NCBI GenBank assembly: GCA_040954595.2
Contig: CM082580.2
Span: 7,542,390 to 7,606,389, forward strand
Length of the DNA: 64,000 nt
Reading direction: 5' to 3'
From: Balanoglossus misakiensis
Lineage: Eukaryota > Animalia > Hemichordata
The translations under genes were made by a program, and so were the position numbers. A model generated the notes under the pieces. It had not been told where the DNA came from. It saw only the letters and a program-made list of their open reading frames with translations, and searched no databases. Of the stretch, positions 23,701 through 38,498 are shown in pieces; positions within the stretch are counted from its first letter, which is position 1; each line of letters opens with the position of its first letter.

Positions 23701-26047
23701 TCACTATGCCTTTTCAAGGCAATGAATTTTCGCACTGCAATACACTGAGATGAAAAATACAAATGAATGCTGATTAGATACATGTATGTCAATCTGTACT
23801 ATCCCTACTTATACTAAAATTACCATAATTCAAAAAATGGTAAAAAATGTTTTCAACTGTTTCCTTCAATACAGTTCCTTATATTAATGAACAATTTGTT
23901 ACACATTAAACATCAACCTGAATTAAAATTGCATGATTTGTTTTTCCATTTCCAAATATGGTAACAAAGTTGACTTGTTGACCTTTTACTTTTGAATATT
24001 AATTAGCACATATCAAATGCTACCTGTCGCTTCTAATGTCTGAAATTGCAGAATTCTTCATCCAAACAACAGTGTTTTGATCAGGGTGGTCAGCTGGTAA
24101 ATTTTCACAAGGTTTCCTCGGTAATTTTTCCAGGGCCTTAAATTAGCCATAATTATACTATAAATCACTGTTACTTCAATCACAAGCTATTCTCTAAAAA
24201 CAACAAATTTCAGTTAATTGGGGTATTCAGTGGAAGACATTTTGGATGAAGAGGACACCCATATGATTAGACCCCCCTCCTTTCTCAAAACACAAAGCAG
24301 TCACTCTTTATGCTGTGTGCTACGTAAACTGGGCACTTGTACCACCCTCCTGAGTATTTTGTAAAAGAGGCCAAAACTCTCAGGGAATACTAACTGAACA
24401 AGAAAGATGACACCCCGAACTTCAGTTCCCTTACTTTTACAGTTTGAAATCTGCAGTGCTGTGTGTGCGACAATGTGCCAATCAACCTATGGCAGTATTC
24501 TGTACACCGAACAGAAACATTCCTTGTTCTGTACATATAGGTGTCCTTTTGGCAAACTCGGTGCATCTCTCTAGTGGGGACTCAGGTATTTGAGTTGCTA
24601 TAAATTTCTACATACTACAAACGCTGCCATGAATTTTCAAGACTTGACTGATTTCCACAGCAACTTTTACATGTATTGTTAGAGGTACTAAACCCCACAG
24701 AACCTGAGCAATGCATGTGCCCCCCCCTTTCAATTCACAGACACCCAAAGGTGAATCTGGTGACCTTTATGTGCTCCCCTAGCTTCCTGACAAAAATCCA
24801 CTGAGCAATCTGTCAAGCCTTAAAAATAACAGCAGGAAAATTAATACTTAGCAAACTAATAAACGCTATAATACAGTCACAACATGAACAATCCTGCATA
24901 TTGACGATGATATTCGAATATATAAGTTAAATAATTAAAAAAATCAACATTTACATACTTATAATTTCAAGAATCATATTAACAGAGCGAGAAATTATAG
25001 AATGTTATGTAAACACTGGACACATAAAATATATCTGAAATGTACCTCTAGATTACTCTTCCTGGTGAAGAAAAAAATATCAATTTTGACAACTGGATGA
25101 GGATCCTTTTAATTAGGACAATGTGATGTGATAATTTTAAAAACATTGGCTGATATGAAGAGTACATGATGTACATGTACTCTGCCACAATGCATGCTGG
25201 ATTTTTTGAGTGTCAAGATATAGGGTACATTGTGTGTCTCCAGCAACACTGGACTGAGTTTTGTCTGAAGGCACTTCTAGATGTACGTGTAATATCAGTC
25301 CAGTCTGATGTGAGCTTACGACAAAACTATCAGCTTCTTTTTCAGAATTTTTTGTAATGACAATTTTCCGTAATCACTCAAGTTGGATGGGTATATGTCA
25401 TGCACAGGTATCTTCTTCAAAATCCTTTGAACCAGCGATTACCAGAAATATCCCACATCAGGGGGGAATCACATACATGTACGCATACATGTCTTGGGAC
25501 TCGTCCGACACATTCCAGATGGTGTCTGTGTTTATGTCTGGGAAACCCCGGAATGACCCTACATGTGGCCCATCACCTTCAGATAGTGTGTGCTTGCGTG
25601 GAGGAGGGGGGGGGGGGGAGTCTGTGCTTGTCTCTGACTCATGAATGCTATCCAGAGCAATTAAATATATTCAGAAATCATTTGAGCATTGCAGAGTTCC
25701 AATGCCAGATATGGTGAAAATAACAAGGTTGTCGGAGACACATCCAGCACGCAATGAACAACATATTCAGAATCCAGGGTAAATCTCAAATACAGACAAA
25801 AAATACTTTGCAGTATGGTTTACAAAGAACACACAAGACAAAATTAAAGAATTCAAAACACGTATAACGCTCAGAGATAAAAAAAATCATTAAAATTAAT
25901 TTTTACACGTGTGGTAGAAAGCAGCCTGAAATCTCTCCCAAATAGTACCGGTACCCATAAAGTTCAATATTTCACTTCTTTCATACAAAAAACTGTACTT
26001 TGTTAAGTAGATGAGTCACCAGAGAGAGCCTACAGCCACGGCTTGGT

Positions 26048-26054
<7 letters not shown>

Positions 26055-26078
<24 letters not shown>

Positions 26079-26081
26079 GAG
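26055..26081. repeat. (GA)n microsatellite in the MOB3 3' UTR
   Basis: Directly visible. Confidence 0.9.
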
Positions 26082-26155
26082 CATCTTCACGTCTGGTCAT
26101 GAAGGTATCTGCTGTACAAGTGTTCCAACACAGAGAGGAGAGAAAGTCGTGAAGA

Positions 26156-29100
26156 TTACTTGCAGATGCGTTCAGTCATTTCTCTCTGTGAAGGGAAAAA
26201 AATCACAAAAAATAACATCAGTATCGTGAAAACATGAACCCAGCGCCTAATCGGAAAGTTATACTCTAGACTAACTCTCAGTCAACAGTCAAAATCACAA
26301 TACATGTAGTTTAATAAACTCATAATATCGCAATATTTACAAACCCCCGTTTGGGGAGGGATATGCTGTAAAGTTAAAACAATCGATAAAACAAAACTTT
26401 ATCGTAACATGATGTCATCATCACTCACCAGTGGTTCAAGCTCTCTTTGGTCTACTAGTTTATATGTGGTGACAAAGTAATAATAATGTTTGAAACAGGT
26501 ATTCACATGTGCTTCCTGATAAGAGAAGAAGGAAAACAACATTACCACCATATCAACACTTTTAAGCATTTCCACACAGGAAGTATTGTGTGGTCACTTC
26601 CTTTCAATGTCGAGTTTTCGTATCTCACAGAGTATTATCAAAGTCTACCACAAACTAGGATGTGGATAGTGATTCAAACACAAACGAAATGTGAAAGGTT
26701 ATATGAAATTTTCTGATTTTATGCAAAATCCATCTGAATTCAACAGTGGAAAGAGGTGTCTATACATACTGCTCCGATTTCTACCAATTTGTCAAAATGA
26801 TGAATGTAAACATGTACGAAGACCCTAAATAATCGCGTCAGGATCTTCTTGCATACTGGAATAAAATTCTTCGGGAACTTCACATCTGAAACAAGATAAA
26901 CACAGCTCAGCTTCATTTCAAATGAATGACATAAACTATTTTAAATGAAAAATACTGGAATGTTTCATGAGAGAGACAGAGATACACACAGATAAACGGA
27001 AAAGGATGTAAGAGATTCGAAGCTGGATGAACTTGGATGAATGTTTCAAAATCTGAACTGAACCCCAAAAGAGAATCCTGTTTTGCTTCCAGCCAAATGC
27101 CTAAAATGATTGATACCTTCTTCCGCACCTTCCCAATTTCCGACACCAAACCCAAAATTGTGCACGACCTCCTTATAACCTTTCACCAAAACAGTACCCT
27201 GATGCAACTTCAACACACTGAATAAACTTGTAATGAATGCAGGTCCTTACCGACATTTATCGGGAAGAGATTTTCATCATTGATGTGTTGCTCTGTCCAT
27301 TCCATGAGCAACGAGATATACTTGTTCGCCGGCAGAGGCGTGGGTTTCTTGTACTTTGCACCGTCGCACCACATGTACTCATACCTGCAAGGGTTAGGAA
27401 ATCGAAAATAAATGGCTATCATATTCAGCCTTTAGAGTTTAATTTTATCCTGACTATGAGTCTCGGTTCAGGGTTTTACAATACGGATATACTTTGTTGG
27501 GCAAGAAAGTTGGACCTTGTTTAAAGGGGTATATACCCTTGCCTACCAGCAGAAGCTGTCTAGATCTATAGCCATACCCAAGGTTGTAATCATGTGTGTG
27601 GATGTGTTCAAACCAGATCTGATGTTCACAGCTGATATGGGTAAAGGCAGGGCAATGCTAGCCTACCATAGAGTACTATGAAATTTGTCAGCGAATGTGA
27701 AACCAGTGAGTCTGTGTCACACATCAGTTTCACTGACTGAAGAAGTCACGACATTATACACGCCAGCTTTTGCAAGTCTCAAGAGATTCAGAGCTATTAC
27801 ATCAGCGATTACTCATGACTGAAACTCTGAAACTCAATCAAGGCCTTGGCTAAAATCCAATATCGACACATTGTACATAGATATATAAAACTGCTGTACA
27901 ATACTACAATCAGTCTCAAGACTATAGTTATGAACATGTGTTGAACTGTCAAGTCAGAGCAATCTTTAATTTAAAACAATTCCAGTACTTTTTTTGCTAG
28001 GGGTATACGTGGGCGGTCAGAAATGCAAGTGTATCAAAGAGACCTTGGTTTGTTTTTACAGTCTGAGAAATGGTCTAGAACTTAGACATCGCCGACTGTG
28101 CTTCTTCCGTTGAAACTTCACAGAGACTGACGCTTTGCTATTTGTGTAGTCTGAAGTGCTGGCTTTACCTTGAAATCAATATTCCCTCTAAGCCTATACT
28201 GTTTAATGGCACAGGCGTCCAATGCCGTTAGTGTTAATACATGCATTCACTCACCCGAAGAAAATTCCTGTCTGAGGTCTGAAGTTAATAGATGTAGATG
28301 GATTTAGAAACTCAAACTTTCAAAACACCTGTCAATGTTACCCAGCTCAAGCAAAAAAAAAACATTCTTTTGCTTGTGACTTTTACTATACAAAGACTGT
28401 CTCTGCAGTGGTGTACACTACAGATGAATTGAAATGGACCACTTTTTACACAAATGTACAGCGCAACCTCGGAAACTGCAATAAAATTCACAAATCCCCC
28501 AGTCAACTCAAGTTATAGGCCAAACAGAGACCATCTTTGTAGATATCAACTTACTTTGGACCTCCCGACATGGTCGGACATGTTGTATCATCGCAGAACT
28601 CACACACCGTTCCATATATGAGGTTTATTCGGTTGAAGAAGTCAACAACTGTGGAAAGAGAAATCAAGGAAACGCAATGTTAATGGCACAGTAGCTCTGT
28701 TAAACTGGCAAAAGTATATGAATAATGCACAGCTGTAGGTGTGAATGGTTTTGATGAGTGTAATCAGAGAGCTAGATATTACAGCATGTTATTTTCTTTG
28801 AGATATACATGCATGTATTTTAAATGTCCATGCAGCTAGACATTTTAAAGGGGCTGAAACAGCCTGGTCAGTAAAACAGACCATACAGAATTCTAGTTTT
28901 CAGCCATATGACACTTTCAGACAAGCCAGAAACCCCACCTCCACCAACATTTCAAGTTGCACAACTGCTTAAAACCGTTGATGAGAAACGTGCTAAAAGA
29001 GTTGAATACATGTACATGTAACTCCTCCGTAACAAAGAACGGCATTATTCAGTGTAGACACACTGCTACAATTGAGTGTCTGTGCGTCAATACTTTTTGA

Positions 29101-32100
29101 CTTGCAAGTTGCAGGAATTGGAGCATGAACTGTCAGCATGCAACAATAATACACACAGCTTCATTTATTTGTTAAAGTAGTAACACTGGTGACTGAAAAG
29201 TTACAAAATTCAACCAACAGCAGGAACTTCAATTCTATATGTTGTTTTAATTACTAAACTGCTGATGTAAACTGACTTCAGAGGGAGATCAGAACCCAAG
29301 GTTGTAAAATCTTGATGGTCCGAGTTATTGCTAAGGTCTAGTGGTTCAGGGATATCTGACGTCTGGAAGCTTCAAGTGGCTACCAAGGTCTGCTGGTTCA
29401 TTGATTTCTACATGCTATGGTCAAGGTCTGAGTCACTGTCACAAATGGCAGTGACAATCACGTTATACTCTGATCTTTTATGATATATTAAAAATACAAA
29501 ATTGAGAGATGCCATCATCATGCTTCATTCTTTCTCTGACAGGAATTCAGTCCACTGAATAAACATGATCATTACTTACACTCCAATTGTACATATACTC
29601 CAGGGCAAATGTGACAAGTTACAAAGCAAATTGCAAGATAGACCTCAAAAACATGTAATAAATTTCTCTAAGAGTTGCCACTGGCTTTCCAAGTTCCTCG
29701 CTAAACGTCCATTTAGACAAGAGTGACATGATACCTGCCATTTCTTCAGTAGAGCAGGTCACAATGAATTCTCTGCCAAAGGCACTACTACCACCTATTA
29801 CTATACACGCACAACACATGTGAATGCCTCGGATTCCATCTATAGATCACTGAAAGCCAAACCCAAGGTTGCCTTTTTGTCAGAGAACAATCACCCCATC
29901 CACTGTGTATTTATCATCATTCTAATTTACTGCGGCCCTCCTTACAATTTTCGCTCGGCCCTAATCATTTCCTTTGGCTTTCCTTTACACGCAAGAATTT
30001 GATCCATTCATGACAATGAATTCCTACGTCATGTACACAAACACAAAAACACATTTTGATTAGTGTCTGGTTCACTCAGTCTTAAGAGCCAAGCCTCAGT
30101 TTCAGATTCTATAAACTACTGATACATATAAAGGTTCGTAGAAACTGAAAAACACTAGGTTTTCGAAACGTCTTGCGATCAAACTGAGTACACTCATGAA
30201 TGTCGCTGCCCTTCTGAAAATAAAATCAGTATTGCATGCATGTCACAGAAGTGATTTTTGATGCCTTTCCATGGTGCATTTGTATAGACTGATTGATCGT
30301 TGAAGTTCATATATGGTATTGTACAACCAACTCAGTTTGTAATTAGCCACACACTGCAGCTGCAGTAGTCATTCAGCGGCAAGCAATTATGCAGGTCTGA
30401 TAGCACGCTTGGCTTGTTCAAATTTATTGAGTAGACTTGCTTGAAACACTCCAGTAATTTGATTCCCCGTCCGAGATGTAATTTTCATTTGGGTCAAATT
30501 AAGGTCGCTGGAGTATGATAACAAACAGCTACTATACCAGTGTAATCAGTGTTTCTTTAGCTGACTAGGTAATAGTCTATTGTATACTGCGAAACTGGTA
30601 CCCTAGGAAATGTATTCTAAAAAAAAACACTTTTTAGTGCTTTTTTTAGAATATAGCTAACAATATCAACAACATCTGAGCACCTTGCAGAGCTGAGACA
30701 GCCGGCAAATTTTTGCGGACAGAAGGTTGTCTCTTGCCGGCTGCTGACTATATTTTACATCCGTCTTTCCAGATATAAATAATCTGCAGATGATGCAATA
30801 ACCGTTACTAAAGAATTGCCCCCCCCCCCCCCCCCCCCCCCCCCCTGAACATACAGTAACATGCACATGATCCCAGCATGGGACTGGATGGGACAATCAC
30901 CTGATCTGACCACCCACTAGTCTATACATCGTCAAATCATCCAAGGAACTAATTATGAGAATACCTATACCCACCATGGACCGCAATCCAGTCCTCTAGA
31001 TCTTCCTCCGCTGGGAGCTGCACCAAAGCTCTCAAGTCTAGACCTGCTTGAAGAGACGCCTGGGCCTTCTTATGCAACTGATACCTCATAGTTCCAGGCT
31101 CGAATTTCTTCTTTGGCCTGAAGGTCTGCACATCAAATGAAAACAGAGAAGATAAAAGTAAACCACATGCATATATACACTAACACGTGTATCTAGATCC
31201 AATATAAAATGTTACATTACACAGTAACCCATCAGCGTTCTACGCTGATTACCAGTATAATGTACCATGTCATATTGACTATTTTATTCTTCAAACATGC
31301 AAACTTGCAAATATTGAAAGCTACACACAAGATTCCTTTATAATATTCAAATATACATGCTTCTCAATAGCCGCTATTTCCATTCCGCCATAAATACATG
31401 TAACTAGTGTGTGTTGATTGCTGTTTTGTGTAAAACAGTAGACAAACAACAGAGTGGATTGACGTCATTATCTGCATTGCAAGACCTTGGACACAACACA
31501 AAAGCAGGAATGGACCACATGTGTTTTCAGCGCTATTTATATACTGACGTTCTCTGAACTTCGTAAGTCAACCAAAGAAATTTCCTCCAAAGATAAATAT
31601 TCAGACTTTGGAATCACGACTTGTAATTGCACTTCAGCTACTCAACAAGAACTGCACACATACATAATTAACAGATCTATACTTCCTTCTAGGCAGTTTT
31701 TTACCCAGAGGTCTGTGTACAGATATGTTAATTCTCAAGTTATGCTGGCTCTGTGGAACCTTGCAGCTTGTGAAGGAAGTCGAGAGATAGCCAATGCAGC
31801 ATAGTAAAACCAAAGGAAAAAAGTGCATGGTCTCATGGAGAATTCGTTCTTATATACATGTCAACACAGCTCCTGTTATCACCATACCCCAATGTTTGCC
31901 TTCCTACCACCTTATACACAAAGTCCACCGGCACACTTGTCAGTATCGTGAGCTACAGTGAGAAGATTTACAAATCATGACATCTATAAATTACCAACAG
32001 ACGCATGCACCGATTTATTTGAACAAAGCCTTTTACAGTTTCCTAGTGTTAGAAGATTTCTGACAAACAAAGCCTAGTAGCTGATTTGGCACCATCAATC

Positions 32101-35100
32101 ATCTCCTGCATGTATAAAGGGTACGGCACCTATCACCAATAATCCTAAATGGTGTTATCGTGCATTACGTATGGCGGGTGTGTCACACTAACAAATGACA
32201 TTTAATCTACACTGAACTTTGGCATTATCAATATCATTTTTTTCCAACCGAATGAATCTTGCAATGCTAACAATTTTTAAAGCCAAACCCGGGATGATCG
32301 TAAATTCATCCAGTTATGAAATATGAAATATTTTTTTCATAACCACATATCAGCAAAGTGACTTCACTGACACATTCCTGGGGAGTTTGATGCATCCAAT
32401 AAGTATAGGAAATGGAGTGTACACAGTAGATAATCATTTTGCCACTTAAAATGATCTCCACATTTATTAAATATACTCCAACACATTCATACATATAGTG
32501 AGGTAAAAAAATCAATTACTTGACATGTGAGATCCTTAATTGTATTTCATCCAATTAAGTTATTACCAGTAAATTAGCTCCCTTTAAATTTAATGATATT
32601 TAAATAAGTTGAAATTTTAATACTAATAGTCTGCTAAAGGTTGGCGATTGTAGAATGTACACAATATAATTAGTTCTGTACATACCAGCAACATTTATCA
32701 CTGTTGATGTCATCCCCTCAAGTACGCGTACCCCATTTTTTACCAAATAAAGAAATCCGCACAGAAAATTTACATCGACCGAAAAATGATGTCAGAATTC
32801 CTTTTCTATCAAGACTTGTCATACCAAAAGTATTTCGTTTGTTTTGACAGATTCACCCAGGGAAATATCCTTCACCTTATACGCGTGCCAGGTATGACTG
32901 GACGACACGCTTGATCCGGCAAGAGTTGAAGGACGTAGTTGTTTTTCAGTTCAGTTCACCACAAAAAAATGTAGTTCAATCATGCAGTGTTCGGGCAAGA
33001 TACCAACCCTATTACTGAGCATTTACGAAGTAAACAAAAGAAAAATATGACAAAATAGAAGTTCACGTCACACTTGCTAGCATTATGTAATTTTGTATTA
33101 TAATCACAGTATCTTGACAGAATCAGTCGGGCTGTGACCTGTTGCAGCCACAAGCAGCGACAATGTATGTAGCTACATGGAAACAGAGTAGAATTTTATT
33201 TTCCGTTCCAAGTTGTACACTGGCCAATTAGCCGGGATTATTCTGAACTGCACTGCATTTAGGTTTGATTTAATGATGTCCTAACTTGCTGGGAATTCTT
33301 GTTATTTACATGTACACGTAAGTTCACCACCAAGTACTGAATCAGTCGCTTTAACACAGCATAGCTTTGCATTTACACACATGCCCAGAGCAAGACCTTT
33401 CCATGACCCCACGCCCTATCTTATGACCTCACAACCCTGTCTTGGTTTCACTCAAGAGGCCCCCCAGGTTTCTACCACTCACTAATTAAATATAAACACA
33501 AATCTTTAGCCCACAGAACCAATTACTAGTAATTACGTGGTGATTTCTTTAATGAGGCACCCTTGTGGCAAGTTGTGGGTGGGACACTTGAAAAGTACTC
33601 CAGCCATAACTTATCACATGGGCAATAAATTTTATATTTCAATGACAGCATACATGTACCTATGATGTAAACAAGAATACATTTCCTTTAATGCTTCTCT
33701 TCTGAAACCAAATGGTTGGGCACTGCTTGAAATTACGGGGCATGCATGCTCTGTAAGGGAATACAACCATTACCCAAATGACTCATGTCACAGGTTCTGG
33801 AAGTCAGACACCCTTGCTTGCGGCACATGATAATCAAATTACTAATGTTACTTGTATCAAACATAGCTACCGAGTTACTCAATCTTTGACGTTGAATTTT
33901 CCTTACAGACAAATGCATTCAGGCATGTCATGTGTATAGCTAGCCTCATATCTCCACTAAAACAGACCTGATAACTTGGATGGACGGAGTGAGAACGCTG
34001 GCTTGCTTGGAGAGTCACGTAAAATGACCGACTTCCCCAAAGACTCAATGATACACACTTCCTCCATGCGGCCAACGTGACACTCTCCTCTGCATACTGG
34101 TGGTAAATCGACCGCAGTGAGTGTGCCCGGCCAGATCTTGGCCACTTCCTGGTTTTACATTACACACTGCCAGCCACAAAGTGCACAAGTTCTCCAAGTC
34201 ACCGCACAACAGTATAGATAGAAAGGCACACATTTTCAGCCACTCTGGCACACACAAACTTACATACTAGTAAAACATTCACCAATGGACAGCCAGGTAT
34301 TGCACTGGCTACTGAAAGTGATAGTGTCAACTTGCAATCAACAATTCATGTGTTGTTATTTGATCTCTAAATGTACAAATGCAGCATATGAGAATACCCC
34401 TTTATGCATGGCTACAACGGACTTCCAGGAAATTCTTACCATTGTTGCATGTCCTTGCTCATGAAAAGACCGCTGAGTATTTTAATCCCAGAACTCGGTT
34501 TCTAGTGACCATGTGATACTGAAAATGAGATTTGGAGTAACATAAAGCATTACCTGATTTTTGTTTGGGTCTGACTAACTTCCTTCATGGAAGTTCCTTG
34601 ACGTATGAATTACAATGACTGAGGGAAGTCATTCCCGCATGTGCCAAGACATAGTGGGAAAAATGCCTCAAAAATGCCCAGTGGCTAAATTTGCACAGCC
34701 TGCAACTGCATACTAGACTAGCATTTATGAACTTTGAACATCATACAACTCATTTTGCCACCACTTCCTTTTTTCTGTTCAAAGAATGATTATGGAAGAA
34801 TAGATTAGGTAACCATTACTTAGAACCAACCCTTTAATTATGACAACAGTCGGTTGCTCCTACACTCATAGGTTGCCAAGAAGAGCACACTTCACTCTAT
34901 TTAGAGAACAGGATAGTTGGCAATTGTTTTTATCAGTATTGAAAACAGCAAAGGTCACTGCTAGAGTGTGAAAGTACAGCCAACAATATGTTGTCCACTT
35001 CCCCTTTAGATTCACTCATTGGCCATTCTCTGTACATGTTGGTACCCATATTACTGTTACATTACTGAAAAGGATTTGTCACTCTTCCAAATCTGATGCG

Positions 35101-36829
35101 TCGATGACACAGCACTGTAGCTAGAATTTTTATGCAGGAAACTGTGAGCCAGTTTGTTCTACTAAACAGTTGCACCAAACACAGACATTACCAGTACCAT
35201 GATCTGAGATGTGCCACTTAGCTACAATATTATAAAGTGACAAATCTAGAAAATGCCATCAAACGTTCACAAGCAAAGACCTGTAAATCTGCACACAACA
35301 TTTCTCACTTGTAAGCATTCCTATCACAAGCCAACAGCTGACTGACACACTTTTGCTGGCAAGACTTGCTGTGGCTGGCAGTTTCACAAGTCGCAGCTAG
35401 TACGCCCTGAAGCAACCATGATGCAACAGTAAACAAAGGACCACAGTACTCCATCCAACATGCAACAGGCTAAAAGCATTCTCATCAGATAACCAAATTA
35501 CCCCCTTATAGTTACTGATTCAAATAAATGAGATACTGCATGTCCTCCACTGTTTGTGATCACAGACAAGTGCCACAGCGGGTGACCATCTTCAGGTCAA
35601 ACAAACAGAAAGGATAACATCTGTGATAACAGCTTGACTGCAGATGCTCATTTCTGCATAACGAACACACGGTCAAGTCATGGTCACTCGCTGCATTGTT
35701 ACAAGCAACCGTCACCCCACTCCATGGTCAACTTTTACATAACAGTGCTACTGATACAGACTACACATGCTATCAGTACCAAAGAAGTATTTAGGTCTCA
35801 ACATATCCTGGCTGTAGCCTGTTGGCAAATTTCTGAGTTACAAACATTTTTGATACTTAAGTATTGAGTCCCCTTTGTGCTGTATACCATGATCAACGTG
35901 ACTCAGTATATTCCAGGAATCTTCTTACCTTCCCCTAATTATCATGATTAACCCCCCTCCCCTCCCCCCTCTACACACCCACTTCCAACCACAGCAGGAA
36001 ACGGAAATACTACATGTATGTCAACTTGTAATGGTCTTCAACGTAGCAAAACACAAAAAGGGGCATGGGGGTTTAGAAGTACAAGAGTTATGAATTTTGA
36101 GATTCTCTGCTTAAAATGCGAAGACTAGACAATAATGGATTTGAAGGGTAGTGGACTTTGGGCCTTTTCCCTGTTTACAACTGTAAACGATCAATAGGTT
36201 CGTTTCAAACTTTCATCTTGGAGCTGTTTATCTCCATTCACTATGCGACTTCAGATGGAATGAAGTGTGACGGTGACTGACGCGCGTGGTTGCGAATGAA
36301 TAAAAGTGCGTTTACAAAGTTTCGTGGGACAAAAATAAAGGTCACGGCTTCGTTACCAACTAAACTGTCTTTGACCCAGATCTGAGACCTCACCAAGATT
36401 CAGAAGTGAGCGATACACACGCGGGCCAGCTGGGGACTTTGTAAACGTTGTGGTGTGGCACCCATTTCTAAAACTCTACAACAACTTGATCATCGCCACC
36501 ACTTAAATTCTATCACTATACAAAGATTGTGATCGAAAGGAATGAAATAATCGCTGGTGCTACGCGCAAATTTCAGACATTTCGTCATTCATCCGGACTG
36601 CATATCGAGCAGTGATCAGCTTCATGTTCAGGAAGTCAACAGTCGCACACCTCTTTTTAACCAACATGAAAACATTACACCCGATTTGATTGTGTTTATC
36701 AAAAGCTGCCTTCAAAACGAAACCGGACTGAACTGTTCCACCGTGTTGAAGACATTACGTCAGTGAACGTTAGAAACATGGGATATAAATTACCTTGTCC
36801 CGCTGAAAGAACTTGCCGAACCCTTCCAT
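26156..36829 (-). CDS. MOB3: MOB kinase activator 3, 215 aa
   Basis: Exons 36829-36794 ([12 protein letters not shown]), 31125-30975, 28648-28555, 27384-27251, 26885-26770, 26515-26429, 26185-26156 (REMTERICK*); 648 nt. [57 protein letters not shown] and [10 protein letters not shown] match MOB3. Confidence 0.96.
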
Positions 36830-37002
36830 CTTGTTTTGCTGGGAGTAATGCGCACGCTCCGCTCAGGTCAATTATTTATTCGCAGCAGGCGACCTTTGAC
36901 CCGAATGGGCGTTCCCGAAACTCGCACAGGAATATTCCTTTCCAACTTGGGGTGCCTTATTAATTGTTCGCCATAGAACTAGAGGGTTCGTCCTGGTTTT
37001 TA

Positions 37003-37012
37003 GTCACGTGAC
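37003..37012. promoter_or_regulatory. Palindromic E-box/CLEAR motif GTCACGTGAC between divergent MOB3 and PAE-like genes
   Basis: Exact 10-bp match ~175 bp upstream of the MOB3 ATG; a + strand donor (acg|gtgag) at ~37068 suggests a non-coding first exon of the divergent gene. Confidence 0.5.
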
Positions 37013-38498
37013 ATGGTAGGGGTCAGCCTTGTATGTATTGTTGCAGCCGACGATGTGAAAACATTACGGTGAGATATGTACAGATTTATGCATTTTCTGT
37101 TCGTAGTCGTAGTATATTTCCGAAGTGGAGTTCCTTTGAATTGATGGTAGTTTGGGCAGTCGTATGATGGACAAGCAGTTTTGTAGTATGAAAGCTTGCT
37201 GCAACAATTTAGTGGCCGGGGTACCAAACTGGGCATCGATCAAGGACCAGCTAACTACAACAAGCAGTACCACTTCCAACCCATCATTCCCCAGGGGACC
37301 AAAGGAGGTCGAATGTAGGATACATGGCAAATTAATCACTGGAATTCGGTTACTGTTGACCACTTTTAGATCTTCGAATCCCGCAATATGCCGACGTACA
37401 CTGTTGCAGCAGGGGAATTTACTCCAAAGTGCCCCGTGTTCCATGTTTATGTCCCATGCAGCTATGCATTGACATGATGACCTTGTTGTTGTTCTAGGGT
37501 ATCGGATCGGGGGGGGGGGGGGGGGGGGATTTAGCTTATCTGAGTTAAGCCATACCATACCCAGTCACATTGTAGTGATAATTGTGTCATTACGTATACT
37601 ATTAGTATCACTGTGCTAATTACGAACCATGGCAAGCTCATGCATACAATTATAGGACACTGGGGAGTTCTCATTTTCCAGAACAATGGGTGCATCTCTT
37701 TGTGTGTATCTGATCTGTCACTCTACATGTCTAAGCATTGATTTTCTTCAGCCAGCTCTCTGCTGACCCTCCCTTATCTCGACAACTGCCACGCTGTATG
37801 TTTGTTGAGGTACACACCCCGGCAGCCATGTACCCTGCATATATGCATGATCCCTGAGCTGATTGCTTGTTCAAGTGTGTCAAGCAGGAATCTCATCGAC
37901 CAGTGCATAATCAGCATGAAAAACACACAGCATCAATGCATAGCAAAAGCAAGATTAGCCATACAAGAAGCGAAACAGTGTGTTCTTCTGTATAGACACT
38001 AGAACACAAAATGTGAACATCTGGTTGTTCAAAACCATATACAATGCAGATATACAGCTTTCATGGACTACTGTTAGTAAAGAAAATTAAAAACCTGTTT
38101 TAAATTCTATTGCAGAACAGTGGGATAATGTCAGTGCTCAAATAAGCTGTACTGCAATATTCACTGAATTGATATCCAAATAGTATGAAGTCCTGGAAGA
38201 GAGACCAGCCTTGAGCTATAGAAGTAAAGAACCTGGCTGAATTACCATAGCAACAGATGTTTGATGTTAATGGTACCAGGAGATGATACCATGCTATACA
38301 ATGTAATGGCAGTGTACACAAAGTGCCTTCTCTGTAAATACTGATGTCCGAGACTTGAAACAAGCAAACTTGTCCTTCTTTTGGGTAAGAGCTGACCAGA
38401 ATACTGGAAAATGAAACCCTTCTGTCAGCTCACTACCAGTTTTTGAGCTTTCTGGACATTTTATTTGCTGAAAAAAATCAACCAAAAACAAATTCAAA

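Noticed and set aside
30613-30653. AT-rich palindrome in a MOB3 intron
   Set aside because: Arms are mostly A/T homopolymer; no evidence of function.
34440-35950. Alternative MOB3 first exons with GT donors (~34440, ~34554, ~35929)
   Set aside because: Mostly out of phase with exon 2 and with no MOB3 similarity. Exon 36829-36794 fits both phase and homology.
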